Below, piece by piece: positions 39,347 to 54,077 of a stretch of DNA of 64,000 bases. The DNA comes from Raillietiella orientalis. Taxonomy: Eukaryota. The position numbers and the translations under genes were made by a program. The notes beneath the pieces were generated by a model. It made no database searches and was not told the origin of the DNA. It was given only the letters and a program-made list of their open reading frames with translations. Each line of letters starts with the position of its first letter. The stretch's first letter is position 1. The DNA lies in the NCBI GenBank assembly GCA_036172245.1, contig JAYWIR010000030.1, positions 2,666,001-2,730,000 of the forward strand. Direction: 5' to 3'.

Positions 39347-41449
39347 GACGTCTCCCTGTAATAACAGATTCAATCCAGAGCTCGCTCCACAGCAGTTCAA
39401 ACACTTTGCCGCCTCTGCGAGGACTTGGTTTGGCCAAACTTCCGCAATGGTTCTCATGCTACCTTCGTCAAGGGTAATGAGAGCCTTAATAAAACACAGT
39501 AAGACGGAGTTTCCCTGCTGTCATATTTAATTTGGACAATTACTTCCAAATTCATATCACTAGTGTTGCGTTCATAATTTTAGAGGTAGAGAAACAAATT
39601 TCAAGAGATACAAAATAGGTTTTACCCTGCTGAGCTTTTTCCTCATTGACATAGACGTTGTAATCCAGTACTTGATACCAAGCAATCACTGAAAAGACAA
39701 TGTAAAATCAAAAATGCAATCCCAATAACTGGGGGCAACTGAGAAACTACTTTATTGGTTTTGTAACTGTTTACAAAAACCCACGGAACCAATAAAATAT
39801 GCAGCCAACTATATTTTTTCAATAAGGTCTTTTAAAAAGACTACTAATATGAACACGTACTCTGTGCAATCAATAATGCAATTCCACAATGGCATTGCTA
39901 CAAACCAATATACTCGATCAGATGACAGCATTTCAAACAAGTACAATAATACAAAAAACTTTACCGAAATCAGGCGGATTTCTCAGAAACCAATGACCTT
40001 TACTGTCATCTTCATTAAAAAAAAAAGTGCATACCATGATAAGACGAGACCAAAGAATGATTTCACAGAATTCCGATACAAAAGTATTACAGGTATTCGT
40101 TGGTTTATGCTTCGTGCAACCTGAATTCGATGTGCAGTAGAAATCCTGTAGACACTGCATTAGTAGGTATCGAACAAATTGAAGGAACATAGAACTCTCT
40201 GTCCATAACACTCATAATCAGTGCTACAATCATTATCAAATGCTCTGAAATCGCTTCATCATGGCAGTCTGCCATTTACAGCCACCAGTATGATACAATG
40301 AAAATAATATGATACCTGCAACGGAAGGCAACGAATTTCCATCGAAATGGTTTCACTGCTCGCTTCAATGAGCCTGATTTTTCTATATTTCAGCGGATTG
40401 GATGTACTAACTTTTCATTAAAAGCTATTGTGTTGGCACTGTAGTGCCACCCATGGAAACTTTGGTAGAACAGCAGTTATCGTGATAATGATGTCGTCGG
40501 ATGTTCGAAAATTTATGAGAACCAAATGTTTGGTGACCTTTGAGAAGTTTGTGTAAACCACTTCTATTAGCTGTGGTTTTTCAAAAATTTTACAGAATAT
40601 GCGAAACTCTTTGAAACGAAACAAACATCGAAATTTGATAGTGCTGCCTGTGCTTTCTGCCACGTTCCTCACCGGCTCAGGAAGCATGTTGTATTCTCTG
40701 AAAATCAATATTATTTGAGGGTACAAATCAATTGGGCAACATGGGATCAAGATCTCAGGGGAACCAAATTCTTGGACCGACACCTATGTCTTTTCTGAAG
40801 GAGGAACATGCGTACATATTCGTACGAATTCGATACCAGTCTTGTTCCGTTATCAAGTATTTTGTTTTTGTATCAATTGCAGCAAAAAGAGGAGACCTGG
40901 GGAAGTTGGATTGAAAAAGGTAGAGATTTCCTCACGTTTGTTTTCTTAATTTTTAGCTGGCATTCAGCAGCTCGAGCAGCTCGGGAAGCACGGCAAGGCG
41001 GAACAGTGAGGAAAAGGGAGCCATCCACTCCTGGAATGAAATCCTACATCTTTTGCTTCTTCGAACACTTCTTTCCACTCCGAGAAGGACTCGTGACCGA
41101 GGAAAGGTGCTGTGCGATCGACACATTGCTTGAAACTTTTAACAAGGGCTGGGAAAGCTCTGAGACGTTAACGCCTCGATTTAATGCAACTGTAGGTTTC
41201 CTCTATTCGTGCCGTTATAAGGGAAATCAGGAATGAATTCAAGCTATTTTTCATAAACATCAGTAATAGTATCATGCGAGAAACTAGGGGTGTCGTCCAG
41301 AAAATGTATTTGGGAGCGACTATCGTGCACAGTTTGTCCCACAGCATTGGCTAACGTACTTTTTCAATAGGTAGGTGGGAGTTCATTTGCACACAAGCAC
41401 GTTGGGGATAAAAGTGAAGATGAGAAGTTGAGTGTTTGTGCCGCTATCG

Positions 41450-42340
41450 ATAGTAGTTTACGGGCCTGGGGTTTGCTGATTTCCGTCACTGGTGTTAGGA
41501 GTTCCCAGTTCTACGATTTCTCCGGGAGAATATTCAATGTGCCTAGGGTACATGTCTCTGGGTGCACGCATTACAGAAGGAACAAGTCTGACCCCAAGTG
41601 TCTTGGAGGCATTTTCAGGGATACCAAGTCTCGTGAGTATCTCATCGTTGCGAGGGTCCAAGATCCAAGAGGGCCAATCATGATGGAGTCAACGAGCGGC
41701 TGTTTCCCTGCGCTTCGAAAGTATCCACCGAGTTACGACTGTTTTCTGATTTTTTCCATTCTCGCACTGGTGAACACCTCGCGCCTATTCTGAAATGACA
41801 AACAAAAACTGGTAATAACCACATGGTATTCGTCGCCGGCGCTAGCACGGGACGCATCAAGGCGTTCGAGTTCTCCACTTGGCGACCACTTTGAAGTTTC
41901 GCCAGAGTGACCGTATGGCCTCGGCTGATTCAATAAGGACAAGGTGGTGACAGCGGGTGACAGAGCCATTAAAAAGAACTAGGAGAGCGTTGCGCTCTCA
42001 CGCACTGAAAGGCTTTCCCTTGGTCCTGGTGCTCTTCCTGAAGGGATTGCAATGCGTGCGGTCTTTATGGAGCTCGTGTCATAGGAACAAATTTTTTCCC
42101 TATGTAGACATTGAAAGCGACTTCGTCCACTATTGTCCACAACTCTTCACCAGCAAATGCCCGTAAGGATTTTGATCTCAAGGAAGCTTGTCTTCTCTTA
42201 TATCGCAAGCTCCAATTGTCCCCAGGGATCCCCGAAAACTTCCCAGACGAGCTGCCAGACATGAATCTGCCAAGATCATAATCATTCGGTGGTGACATGG
42301 AGATCGCATTGAACACCAGTTCACGGATCTTCCTGAGGCC
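41450..42340 (-). mobile_element. Degraded NeSL/Utopia 3' fragment (post-RT plus RLE)
   Basis: DLGRFMSGSSSGKFS and DPRNDEILTRLGIP..RDMY..H match the RLE tail of ORF 56364-57020. Confidence 0.75.
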
Positions 42341-43235
42341 AGTTTGCATGCAACCAGTACCACACCTCTTGTGCACATTCCATCACAAATTCTGCTAATA
42401 CGATGGGTTTTCTAGAAAGAAAGTTAAGAAGTGTTGCCTAGAAACACTCCGGCATGGTTTTCCCGATGAATCCTTCCCTTCTGTTTTCATTAGTAATTTT
42501 GGTCGGAAGTGCAAGTCAGCTGAAATGGAGGAACTAATTGCCTGCACATGATATTAATGTTGAATCCGAATAACCTTTTCCGCTACCTTTGACCAAGACA
42601 CATTGACGATGAGATGCTATTCATTGAGTTTGCACATTCCATCCACTTATTGAAAAGCTCTTTCAAATTAGGTAATAAATGGTAAAGCTTCTTTCTCTTC
42701 CAACTTCACTAACAGGAATGTGGGTTAAGCACGTAGGTTCTCGCAGTTATTAGGACGGAAAGGCAACGCAAAAGCTTGATGAGAATCGCATTCAAATACG
42801 CGTATCGCCAAGGAAAACCTTAGCATGCGTGATACCGGAGAGATGGTGGCGGAAACGCGTGCGTTTCCGTCGGCGACGGAATTGTTGGTGTGCGCGATAG
42901 CATCGTGCTGAGGATTGCATTGTACTTAAGTGGGTATATGGAAATATGTGAGATGCTATGATCTCCTTCCTGCTGTAATTGGTAAATGAAGGAGATGCCG
43001 CGAAGCAGTTCCGCAGTAAAAGGTATGTTTTCGATTTCTGGGTGAGTGTTTAAACTCTGCACTTTCCTAAAGGGCATCAATGCACATGCAACTTCAAAAG
43101 CGAAAGGCTGTCATTGCAAGGATTCGTTTTGCACTGGATAATCGTTGCATTCCATGTACATAAAGGTAGCTCGAGACACACAGTGCTTTCAGTCGTGTGA
43201 GGGGAACAGCAAGCAGGAAACCTTCAAGTTCTGTC

Positions 43236-43252
43236 TGTGTGTGTGTGTGTGT
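43236..43252 (+). repeat. (TG)n microsatellite
   Basis: About 8 TG units. Confidence 0.8.
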
Positions 43253-46200
43253 TCAAAAATGATGCATTTGTTGTTATGAACTGCAACTTTGTACTCACCC
43301 AGGTGAGTTAGATGCATAATTGAAGTCAAAGAATGTTTAGCGAGGCTACGAGACATGTATCAGCAGTCGTTTGTAGTGGATAGGCGGATTAGTTGTCTGA
43401 ATTCCCAAATGGAAGTGCACTGCCGTGGAGTTGGGATTTGAATTGGAAAATTACACAAAAGGTGGACCGGTGTTTTGGATCGGATACGGGTCATTTATTG
43501 TAGTTGTGATTGCTTCACCACGTGTAGTTTGTGGCTGCATTCTCTAGTTCATGGTCTTTGAGAGATTCAGGAAGGTGGTATTTTGATTTGGCTGCTTTTG
43601 CGCAATGGTACGTCAGAAGGCTGTAATCTTTGGACGCTTACGCATGAATTTCCAGAAACCAAAAACAAATGTCACACTGCTTGAAAGTGTGGCTGCTGAT
43701 ATTGACTGTCCAGGTCACACATGTAAAATTCTGTTAGCTAAAACAGATTGGAAGCAAGTGCACTGGCCATGAGGAATTGGGTCTTGCTTGAAGCTTCTTG
43801 TTGTGGTGTGTTAAATGGACATATATTTTGATTTTGAACTGCACAGTTATTAGCAGTGCAGGAGTTTTCTCTTACAGTTCCTAAGTTATCCTAGAAAAAA
43901 AAACTCATGCTTTCCTTACTTAGGGGCAGGAAGGCTGCTTTTGTGTACTTGTCATTGTGTTTGGTTTTCCTTGCTTTGGAATGGCTGTCCTAATCTCATG
44001 AAGCGTATGGTTGTGCTGTGTTTGAGACGAGTTATCGAAATTTGTTTTTCCTATTGAGAAATTCAATCTTTATTTTGTTGTTGCAGTCTTTATTTGTTTC
44101 AGTGAATGCATGCCATAATCTTCACTCACACTGTATCTTCTGTAGTGATTTTGCTTATTTCCTTGTAATGATAAATGCTGGCAAAGACAGCCTTATTAAT
44201 ATGTTAGGGACGAGTAAATTTTATGATCGAATCAGTAGTAAGTATGAGGAGACATCCTTCTACTTGGCTCTTTAGTGAGTGTAAGACTTGTTGTTTTGTT
44301 TTTTAGAGAATAGTTAGTTTATAGAGAATTCAGATTATGCATGCAGATAAGAAAGGAAGTTTTCTGCTAATCGCTAACTTTGCCATGAGGAAAACTTACT
44401 AGAGTTTCTAGTTGTTATTGAATTGGAAACTCGTGGTTTTGGAAGGCTATATGCACTGGAATTATATGCCATTGCTCATTAGGGAATTCTTATCCTTCAT
44501 GAATGCTCTATACCTTCAATCCTTGGGATTTAGCAAAGCTAACATGTGGAATATGTGGAATCATTTCTTATTTTCTGTGTTCTTTGGTGTTGGTCTCTTG
44601 TACCTTTTTAGTTGGCATTTGATGGGATTGTCATTTGAAATGCTAGAGTAGATTGAAAGGTATTGTTTAATTTTAATTTATGTTGCCATGGATCCGCTGC
44701 ATATGCATTACACATGGAGTGCTGTCATAATTCGAGTTGCATTTAATAAACATCATAGGCTTGTTGCAAAGATCAGTTTGTTACTGCTTGTAGTGTTGTG
44801 ATTGATTAGAGCGTTGTGTCTGGTATTCATAAACTTTCTGGTTGAATGGTTTACTTTGAAAGGAATGATGCAAAGTGATGTGCATGCAATAATTAATATT
44901 CGAAAGTTTTGTACCGGAAACTGGTGTTTCCTTAAGTCCGGAAACCCTTTTTTTCCCTTCCGAACTGCATCGTAAGTTCTGCCTTGTTCTTATTGAAGTT
45001 GATGTCCTAGAGCTGGTGTTGTAACTGATGCAGACTTATTCCAATGGTCTTCTGGTTACAAGGTGTTAATTTTTGTGTTGTGTGGAAGGCACTGCGGGAT
45101 TGAATGCAGTCGTAGAAAATAAATGCTGATTCCACACCTGCAGGATTAAATCCGTTGGTTCGCAAATGTTTCCCACAGCACAGAATCTATGGCCATTGAT
45201 TTGAAAGTTTCGTAAAGTGTCGCGCTTGCTATCTGAGGTACTCTCGAAGATCATTGAACGGTTTCGCACATTACATATGAATATGTTTTGTGGTGTTCCT
45301 GTGCATTGTATGTGATTGATTTGGAATGAAAGGTGATGAAGAAATGCACGTTTCCTCTTTTCGGTGCAGGAATCGCAAGCACGAATATAATAGGAGTAGG
45401 TCTTTAAGCATGTCCGAGTGTTTCCCGTTGATTTGCGTTGTTCCTTACTTGAATTGAAATAGGCAAGACATGTCATTTCTATTTCGGTTTTAATTGCGTT
45501 CTCGGTAATGTCATTGTCTTAAAGTTTTATCACGAGTGAGTCATCACTTGTCGCTCTCTCCGTCACCGGCAAACAAACGCACTGAAAAACGTGTTTGTCC
45601 TCGGACATGTGTTCACTATGTCGAGTGTATTGATATTTGTTTCCTCGTACTTAACAAAATTAACACGTATTTGTAGAGGTAGATGAAATTGCAAGTGTGC
45701 TACTGTTGTAACTGTTTCTGCGCTCCTTCCTATATCTTTGAATTCCTATCAAGGGGCTGGTTAGGTCAGTTTTTTGAGCAAGCGATGTAATGCTATATGA
45801 GTCATCGTGTGCTTGAGCCGCGTTCTGTCAGTTTGATTGCATTTGGTTGTGATCATCGTTTTTCAATTGTTGTTATTGTGAGTATTCCGAGTTTTAACTT
45901 GCCAGGTCTCCTATCTCATTCCGTTAGTGCATTTCTGATGAACTTTTTATAAAGTTGCATGTTGGCAACGAATGGTTTTTCTTTCACAGTGTCATCGCGT
46001 CTTTTTTGTTGCAGCTGCATGAGTGCATCCATTCCGTATCCTTGCATCTTGTAGAAGGTTGTTTGCCATGTAATTTTTCAGTTTATGATTGGAAGAATAT
46101 TTGTTTCCAGGAGGTGTATTCTTTTATCATGTTGTACAAATAAGGTTTGATCACGTGCTTGAAATGCATATTTGATATCGGTGTTTAAAGTGAGGTGTTT

Positions 46201-47949
46201 TGCGTTTACATGGAGCCAGGGCCGCACCGCGATGATTGCATTCGTTTTTGGAGGTTAATTTTGAGCTCGAAATTCCGTGTTTGTCAAATCCCTCCATGTC
46301 CCAATTCTGCAAGTTTCTCAGTGCGATTCCACATTTTCCGTTATAACTCGGGTCGCTCGTCGACTCGGATGTTTAACTTGTTTTGGATATTTCGTATGTT
46401 CGTATGGCTGAAATTAAAGGACACAAATGGATCTGGAAGCTGCAAAATGTGGCAAACTGTTATGAAGTTTCGTAGTATCCATTCTTGCGTTTGCGGTAGT
46501 TTTCCTCATTGTTTTCATCTGCATGTAGTTTGCAGCTCCATGCGCTCCGCAAAGTTCAGCAAGGTATTTTCGATGTTGCACAGAGTGCAAGGTTATGCCT
46601 TTTTGCAAATGGTGTTGTGATCTGTATCATGAGGAAAGGGTAGCAAGTGTTCTTTGTGGGTTACGCTGGCAAGTTTGATGAATATGGCTACGCAGGTTTC
46701 GTGATTCTGAAACCATGTGTGCATTTTTAAAGCATTCACCTCGAAGTTTCCATCTCTACTGCTGTGGACTATGAATAGTATTTCAATTTTGTTAGGCACA
46801 TTAATAATTGTAAGTTTGGCACAATTCCGCTGGGTGCCTGCGGAACGCTTCCAGCTGCTGAATTTTTGAAGCGTGTTCCTTTTTGTTTTTCTGTAATTGG
46901 ATTCCATGAAAAAAATTTTTCTTCGTACTTTGAATGAAATGTTGAGTCTTGGTATCAAGGTGTGCGCAACTGTTTTCTTTCTGGGAAGCTGAAATTGCTT
47001 CTGTGTGCGTATACCACTTATGTTTGCTTTGGTTGATCGATTTGTTGATATTCCTAAACATAAAATGACAGCGAGAACACAGTACATAGTCGGGCACCAG
47101 CATGCAAACTTGTAGATAATGGAAGGCTTCGGTGTGAAGGAAGGTAGATTTTGGTCACTGCAGCAACCCGTAGAAGGTTATTTTTGTTGGATGAAGATAA
47201 TTGATTATAGAAAGAGTGGGAACGTAAAGCCTGGTGAACTGTGGACTGTGCCCATAATTCCGGTTACACTGTTGACGGGTTTTCAGTGAGAAATGAAATA
47301 AGTTTTAGTTGTCGTACAAGTGTTGTAAGACCTATGATAACATTTTCTGGATTGTGCCGATCACTGCATTGAGTACATAGTGAGAATAACCTGCATTTAT
47401 TTTTCATGTGGGAGATGAAAGGAGGAAGTTTTCGTTTTCCGAATACCAAAGGACTTCGTTTACATCATGCATCTACATGCATCTATTGCTTCGTTTCCAG
47501 TCTGTTATTCGTTTCCCGGAGTTTCATCGGTTGTTGAATTATCATGTGTCTAGTGCAGCGGGCCGTTCTTATGCATATTTAACTGATTTGTTGCTGTCGT
47601 CAGAAATGTGGGTGTTTGAAGCACTCTGATGTCTAATATTTTGCTATTAGATTTTACTGGGCAGAGTTTCACAGTTTTCTCGGTTTGCTGCTATTAGAGC
47701 GAGTTGAAGTGGAAGATATGTACTGGGGTAAACGATTTTATTTTTCATTCTTCGTTTATCTCAATGTTGTGGTTTGTGTTTGCAGCGACCTTGTGTTGAT
47801 TGTGAAAAACCGTTAAACCGGCGTATGTTATGATAAGTTCAGGTCTTTGATGAACCATGATGAGGTTAAGTGTGTTACATTATGGAAGTGAGCTGCCCTC
47901 ATATGGAGATGGAGAGGCATATTCCTGGTGTAACATTTTTTGACGAGTG

Positions 47950-48700
47950 GCGCTCTCAATGTGCACTGAACGATTGCACCGAATCCTTGATGTATTGTTG
48001 GCATTTAGTGTGCTCGTGACTATCGTATTCTGCTTGCAGTCTCAGCGCGATTGCATTATTCCTAGCGATGTACATGGGGAAGTGCCTCACAATAGTTGAG
48101 TCTTTGAGGCAGCGTCTCATTCCGAGTGTTACATGTAGGGCATAAACCATCGGCTGGCAATGTTCTTGCCGCACCTCTTGGTAGGACGTTCGGTCTTTCG
48201 GCACGAATGAAGCGATAATCTGCGAATCGGAGACAGTCACCTGAAGTGAGAAAGTCTTTGGAGTGCTGGTGCAGTCCAACGCAGCGCATGATTTTGTATA
48301 GATCTTTGTGATTTTCGATTAGAGAAAGGTACATTTCGCGTTGGATTGAACGGACCTTGGACGCGAACTTCTCTTTCACGGAGCTGCCCAGCATCAATCC
48401 ATGTATTCCTCTTGAGTTCAACTTAGCCGAACCTTTATATGGCCTCAGTGCTCCTAAAAGCTTGACTATCAATCGTCCGTAGACGTTCGATATCGTCGCT
48501 GCTCGCATGTTTCCCATTGTTCTTCCTAGACTGGAATCTGCCAATTCTTATTCCGATTGGAGTATTTTCTTTGATAGCACTTCACGAAGAGATCTCTTTA
48601 CGGCATTTTTGACTCTGGAGAGTTCAAAAGTTTGAAACAGGTATCTATGGTGATGAATGTGGCTATCTTCATCTGAAGGTAGCGGTTTCATCGGATAGCC
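47950..48700 (-). mobile_element. Degraded NeSL/Utopia post-RT/CCHC fragment
   Basis: MRCVGLH..LRFADYRFIRA..CPTCNTRNETLPQRLNYC. Confidence 0.75.
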
Positions 48701-49009
48701 ACATTAGCTTAATACAGGGCGTGGGAGATGGCCACTTTTACATTACTTTTCGCGAAGATAACTCTTCACTTGCCATCTCACAACTCAGTAAAACACTGAG
48801 GGTTGATGAATTGCGACTTCATTGAAGCGTTCATTATGAACCCTGATCTAAGAGCTCCTACTCCATTGATCGTGGAGGCGACTCATTAGATTTCACCGTT
48901 AAACAGAACTCCGCTTTGTTGATTCACCACAAGAGCACTTAGAAATGCATCTATAGGCGCAAAGCCTGCAGCGGTACACACGACTACTACTGACGAAGTG
49001 GTAACATTC

Positions 49010-50110
49010 TCAGGTGTAGTCATCTGACCTATTTATCGCGCTCCTAGCGGTCAGGAGGGAGTGCCATTCATCTAGGAACTCGGGTGTTCCTGTGTTGATG
49101 ACATTCCGGCCCTCTAGCGCCCGAATGAGACGCGAAGACAAAAGACAAAGAACTTCATCTTTATTGGGGTGGGTATCCTCCTGCTTTGGGGCAGTGCAAG
49201 TGAGCCCTTTCGACAAAGGTGCACGGTCGGTGGGATGGGGGAGCGACAGGCGACACAGAAGAGGCTACTGCCAGTGATCGCAAGGCCATGCGTCCGTATT
49301 GAGTGGCGCTTGATGTTCCTGCGGCTTTCGGGCTCAGGGGGGGGGATTGAGCAGCCACGTCACCCATCGATCGGGCATCCAATTGGGAGCGGCATGTTCG
49401 ATCTTGCTGTGGTCTCCTTGATATCGCACGAACCGGGATTAGATTCAGGCTTGCTGTGTGGATGAACCGAAAGTCAGCGAATCGCAAGTATTCGCCTTTC
49501 TTATTAAAGTAGCTGGAGACTCGACGGAGTCCAACGCAACGAATAGCTTTCCGTTGATCGGGATGCTTATTTATCAGGGAATGTCATGCCGCTTCTCGCT
49601 GGTGACTCCAGATTGTCGAAGTCACCTTTTTTCTCTGTGTGAATTCAATAGTCACATCAGAAACGGAGATCTTGGGGTCACCGTCGACCCAGTTCCACTT
49701 TTCGGACAACCTCTGCGAGGTTTCCCTTCCTACCTTCCAAAGACATTTAATGTCACCCCCTTCTCGCTTGAATTTCCCTCCTTGTTCTGAGGCAAGGTAT
49801 TTTCCTAAATCGTCATACGTTTGAGGAGAGAGGGTTCTTTTCAAGACAACATCTTGTATAGAGGATAATGCCAATTTCTTCACTTCGGCATCAGGTGAAG
49901 TAAGAAGTTTAAAATAGGAATCCAATGTAAAATTATCCGCTTCATCAGATAGTTTCATCATTCTCAGGCAGTCCTTCTTTCCCTCACCATAAATGTATCC
50001 ATTGGCGGCTCTGGGAGGTAGATGAAGCATTTCTTTCATCATTCTTCTGATTTCCTTATCGAAGAACGACCAATCACCTTTTCGATGCTTTCCGTATCTG
50101 ATCAGATGTT
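49010..50110 (-). mobile_element. Utopia lineage A 3' fragment
   Basis: LHLPPRAANGYIYG..LSDEAD..FKLLTSPD..DLGKYL and RFADFRFIH. Confidence 0.8.
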
Positions 50111-51085
50111 CCCTTTAAGGCGGGTCGGATGGATAAATCGGCAATCACAGAACCTGAGGTAGTCGCACCGCTGCAGGAAGCTTGCTGATGCCGGGTGCCA
50201 GCATACGTAATCCATGACACGGCCTTGGTCAGGCTTCTGCAGGAGTGCTTCCATCTTTCGGTGCCTCAGGGTAGCACGAATGGAGCGGGCGATCTGCCTT
50301 CGCTGGCAACGGGTGAGGCGTTTCTCACCAAGCAGCCCATACCTCCGTACATGGAAGCCGTATATAGGTATTCCAAGGAGTCGGACTGGTGCCGCGATAG
50401 GATGTGCGTTTTCACCAAGGCTTTCAGCATGTCTAGCGGATTCCAGAATTTCAAGGGTTTATGCCCTGAGCGGGGGAGTGTGTGAGGGCGGGGAAGAAGA
50501 AAACTTCAAGGGCATCCCGTTTCTGCCAAGGGGTCAGAGGGGAATCCATCATTCTCTGGAGGGAGTCAAGGATATGTGCCTATCCGGCATCCAATTCGAG
50601 GGCATAGAAGACCACCGGCTTCCCAAGGCAGGAGTAGACACCTGAATCCTCCACTACGGGAATGGGGACGTTGCACACCCGAAAGGTTGTGGACCGACTG
50701 CCAGCCGGGCGCTGATGAACCAAATGAAAGGGTCCGCACTTGTTTGGGTTCATTCGCAAGCCACCTTTCGTCGACGCGGAATAAAACACATCCAGAGCAC
50801 GTTGTAGGGATTGAAGGGACTCACAGACAAGCGCTACGTCATCCGCGTATGCGATGTGTCTGTCTCGCATACGCAAACATCCGCAGTCTGGGCACCGGTT
50901 AGGGAGGGTAGACAGGATGGGTTCCAATGCCAGGTTGAACACGAGGCCGCTCAGAGGGCAGCCCTGTCTAACACCTGCTCGGATAGCTACCGGTTCTGTT
51001 GCCCCACTCGGCCCTCTAAAGATGGTCACGGATCCATCGTAAAGGTCGCGTATGAGGTCAGTGAAGTGTTCACCCAGCCTAGCGC
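50110..51085 (-). mobile_element. NeSL/Utopia lineage B RT fragment
   Basis: GVRQGCPLSGLVFNLALEP, YADDVAL and LGKPVVFYALE. Confidence 0.8.
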
Positions 51086-51664
51086 GGGAAAGTGGCTAAA
51101 TGCTCTGCAACTATGTCAATGTAGTGGAGTGCATCAGCACGTAGGTAGAGGGCCAGGGCTACGACTGATTGAAGAAAGAGAACAGCACAATCAGGCGTGT
51201 ATGGAAGGCAGGTGAGACTTGGCAGCTGCTAATCCGGACCTAGGAACCTAGGAGCGCCAGGCGCAGAGAACACAACCACACGAGTTAAGTGTAGACTGCG
51301 GGAAGGGCAGCTTCAACGAAGCGCCTCCGTAGAGCCCTCTTGGGTTATACCCCAAGGGAGCGAAGACCACTCCAAGCAGTGGAGCAGATCTGGATCGTTG
51401 CTGGCAAGTAGTGGGAGAGGTACGTCCACAAGCACGTATTTACGGATGGCAACCTCCTTAAGTTAGTCCGTATGTGGTGAACGCGCTACCACCGTAGGCC
51501 AACCAAGTGGCAAAGTGGTGAACGCTGTGCGTCAAATTGCCAACTCGATTTTCCTTGAGTTCCACAAGGGGTGGGGTAAATTTATTTTTCTTAATTTTCA
51601 TTCACGTTTCGTTCTCCTTCACATAGTTTAAAGCACTGATTTCTCACTTGGAAATCCTTTGGGG

Positions 51665-54044
51665 TGTCTCATCAGGAGATGAGGGGAGCTTAAAGCAACT
51701 ATCGACGATGAAGGTGTCCGCTTCATCAGATAGTCGCATCAGCGCCATACACCCCATCTTCCTCTCACCATAAAGGAATTCATTCGCTGCTCTTGAAGGG
51801 AGATGCAAAATTTCCTTTATACTTTGTATTTCCCGACCTACATGCTTCCAATCTCGTTTCTGAAGGGTGCCCAAACGTTGAAAATGTACTAAGCTTGGGA
51901 AGTAGAACGTTCTGATGGCATCCATCTTTTGCCAAGTCGAGAGGTCAGATTCAAGAATCTTAACCGCCTTGGCTACCACTTCTTCCTTGGTTGGAATACA
52001 GGGGAACACCTGTATTCCGAATGGCTTCCCCAGATATTTATACGCTTCTGGGAGCGTAAGATCGGGAACAACTCCGTCGTCAATTTTCAAAGCAATGCTT
52101 CTTGTTCCATTCGGTGTACTCTCGGAATAGGACAAAGTCGCACACTTGTCAGCGTTGATCTTGAGACCTGATCGCTGGATTAATGACTTGAAATGTTCAA
52201 ACTTCTGAATGAGGTCTTTCTCCGAATTGGCCATAATTGCCAAATCGTCGGCATAGGCCAGTAAAGAACTCTCACCATATGATTCCCGCAATACACGGAG
52301 AAGTGGTTCCATGGCGATAATAAAGAGCAGAGAGCTCAGGGGACATCCTTGCTTTACCCCTCGACGAAGAATAAAAGGTCTTGTGGACGTGGTTTCCAGT
52401 TGGATATACGTGGAGCTATCCTGATAAAGATCTTTAACCAGCTCCACAAAAGTGCTACGAACATTGACATTAGGCAACGTTTTCATTAACATGTGACTCA
52501 ATGAACCAAACGCATTGGCTAAGTCCACAAAAACAACACTAAAACCCTTAGAGGATCTCCTACCATGATCAAGACACGTTTGTAGAACAAAATTGTGTTC
52601 TAAAACGCCATCGAAGGAAAGAAATCCTTTTTTCTGGGGACATATCACTTGATTTTCGAGAATCCAGTCCCGCAGACGATCAGCCGAGCATTTGGCATAG
52701 AGACGATAACTGGCGTTATCAATAGAAATTGGACGCCAGTCAGACATGTTCAATGAAGAGGGATGGCTCTTCGGTATGAAAACCGTACGCGTGCATTTCC
52801 ACGATGATGGAATTTTCTTATACTTTAGCAGGTTGTTAAAGATGGCAGTCAACAACTCTGCTTCAGGGTCTATTGTCTTCCATCCTGAATAGGTAATTCC
52901 ATCCAGACCTGGTGAAGAGTTCTCTGCTTTTTTCAACCAAGAAGCCACTTCCTCTTGAGCAAAAGGGGACAATTCTAAGGGAGCAACTTGCATGCTTCTC
53001 CCTCGAAGAATATTTCCCGGCAGATTGCAATCAATCGTCGGGGATGATTCTAATTCTTCATGAAAGTGCTTCTCAACCTTCCCGGCATCAATCTGGCAAT
53101 GAGATTCTGCCTACCCTCAAGTTGATCGGAACGCCCTCTGCCGGTTCATGCGATACATTCTCTGTATCTCAGACATATTATTTGCCGTGACCCTAATGTG
53201 GACTAATTTTCAGAATCTTTCGAATCTTCTCGACCAATTCTTCAAAGGCTTATTGAAGTTGAACCATTCAATAATGTCCGACTTCAAGTATCCGGAGAAG
53301 GCCTTCCTGTCCACCTCGAATTGTTCGCTAATTTCAGTTAAGTTAACTCGGTTTCTTGACGTTCGAGTAGGGGCATCAGTAGTGTGAGCCTCTTCAATTG
53401 CTTCAACAATATTGTGTAATCCTTGTTCTTCTCCAGACTCAGATTCTATAATCCTTGCTTCTTCAATTACAGGGAATAGAGGAGCATCGCACCAGATCCT
53501 AAGATCCATGGGTTGCTCATCCACTATCCCAGAATGTGTAATATCTTCCAAGTTGACCTCCTCCAAGGCTTCCCTCATGATTTCAGCAACGTTTTCAAAG
53601 AAGGCTACTCCTAGCTCATCATCCTCTTCAATTACGCTGACTTGAATAGGGCTAGGAGTTGCTTGTACAACTTGTTCACCTCCTGAGGGACCAACACAAA
53701 CAGGAGAAAGAGATCGTGTTCTCCTATCCACCCGAACATGCCAGATTTGGTGGTTCAGCAATCCCCTTCTTAAGGAGAACGCCATTCCACACTCTGGGTT
53801 GTTGCAGAAAAACCTCATCGGTACTTCCGCCACAGGTGGACGAGGGGGGGAATCGGTTCGTTCTTGCTCAGCGCTAACATTGGCGCAACGATGGTCCGAG
53901 GGCCTCTGGATACAATTGCTTCCGAACATAGTCGGCACTTGTATACCAATCGATCCACCTCAAATTCATGGATACTTCTAAAATGCCTTTTGCGAGAGTG
54001 GATCTGTTGGTGGACAACAGCTGTTCTCGTTGATCAAATTGTTG
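51665..54044 (-). mobile_element. Utopia element (lineage A) joined to a U2 5' fragment, ZnF plus complete RT, 3' end missing
   Basis: ZnF CNNPECG..RRGLLNHQIWH (53210-53938) and a 449-aa RT ORF (WRPIS, GFLSFDGV, DLANAFGS, GVKQGCPLS, YADD, YKYLG). The element starts immediately after U2 nt 33. Confidence 0.9.
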
Positions 54045-54077
54045 ACTTTGATCTTAGCCAAAAGGCCGAGAAGCGAT
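54045..54077 (-). pseudogene. U2 snRNA 5' fragment (nt 1-33)
   Basis: The reverse complement reads ATCGCTTCTCGGCCTTTTGGCTAAGATCAAAGT, the canonical U2 5' end. Confidence 0.95.

Noticed and set aside
39600..41200. Exon-like segments upstream of Spindly
   Set aside because: Splice sites are plausible, but no consistent frame or homology could be established.
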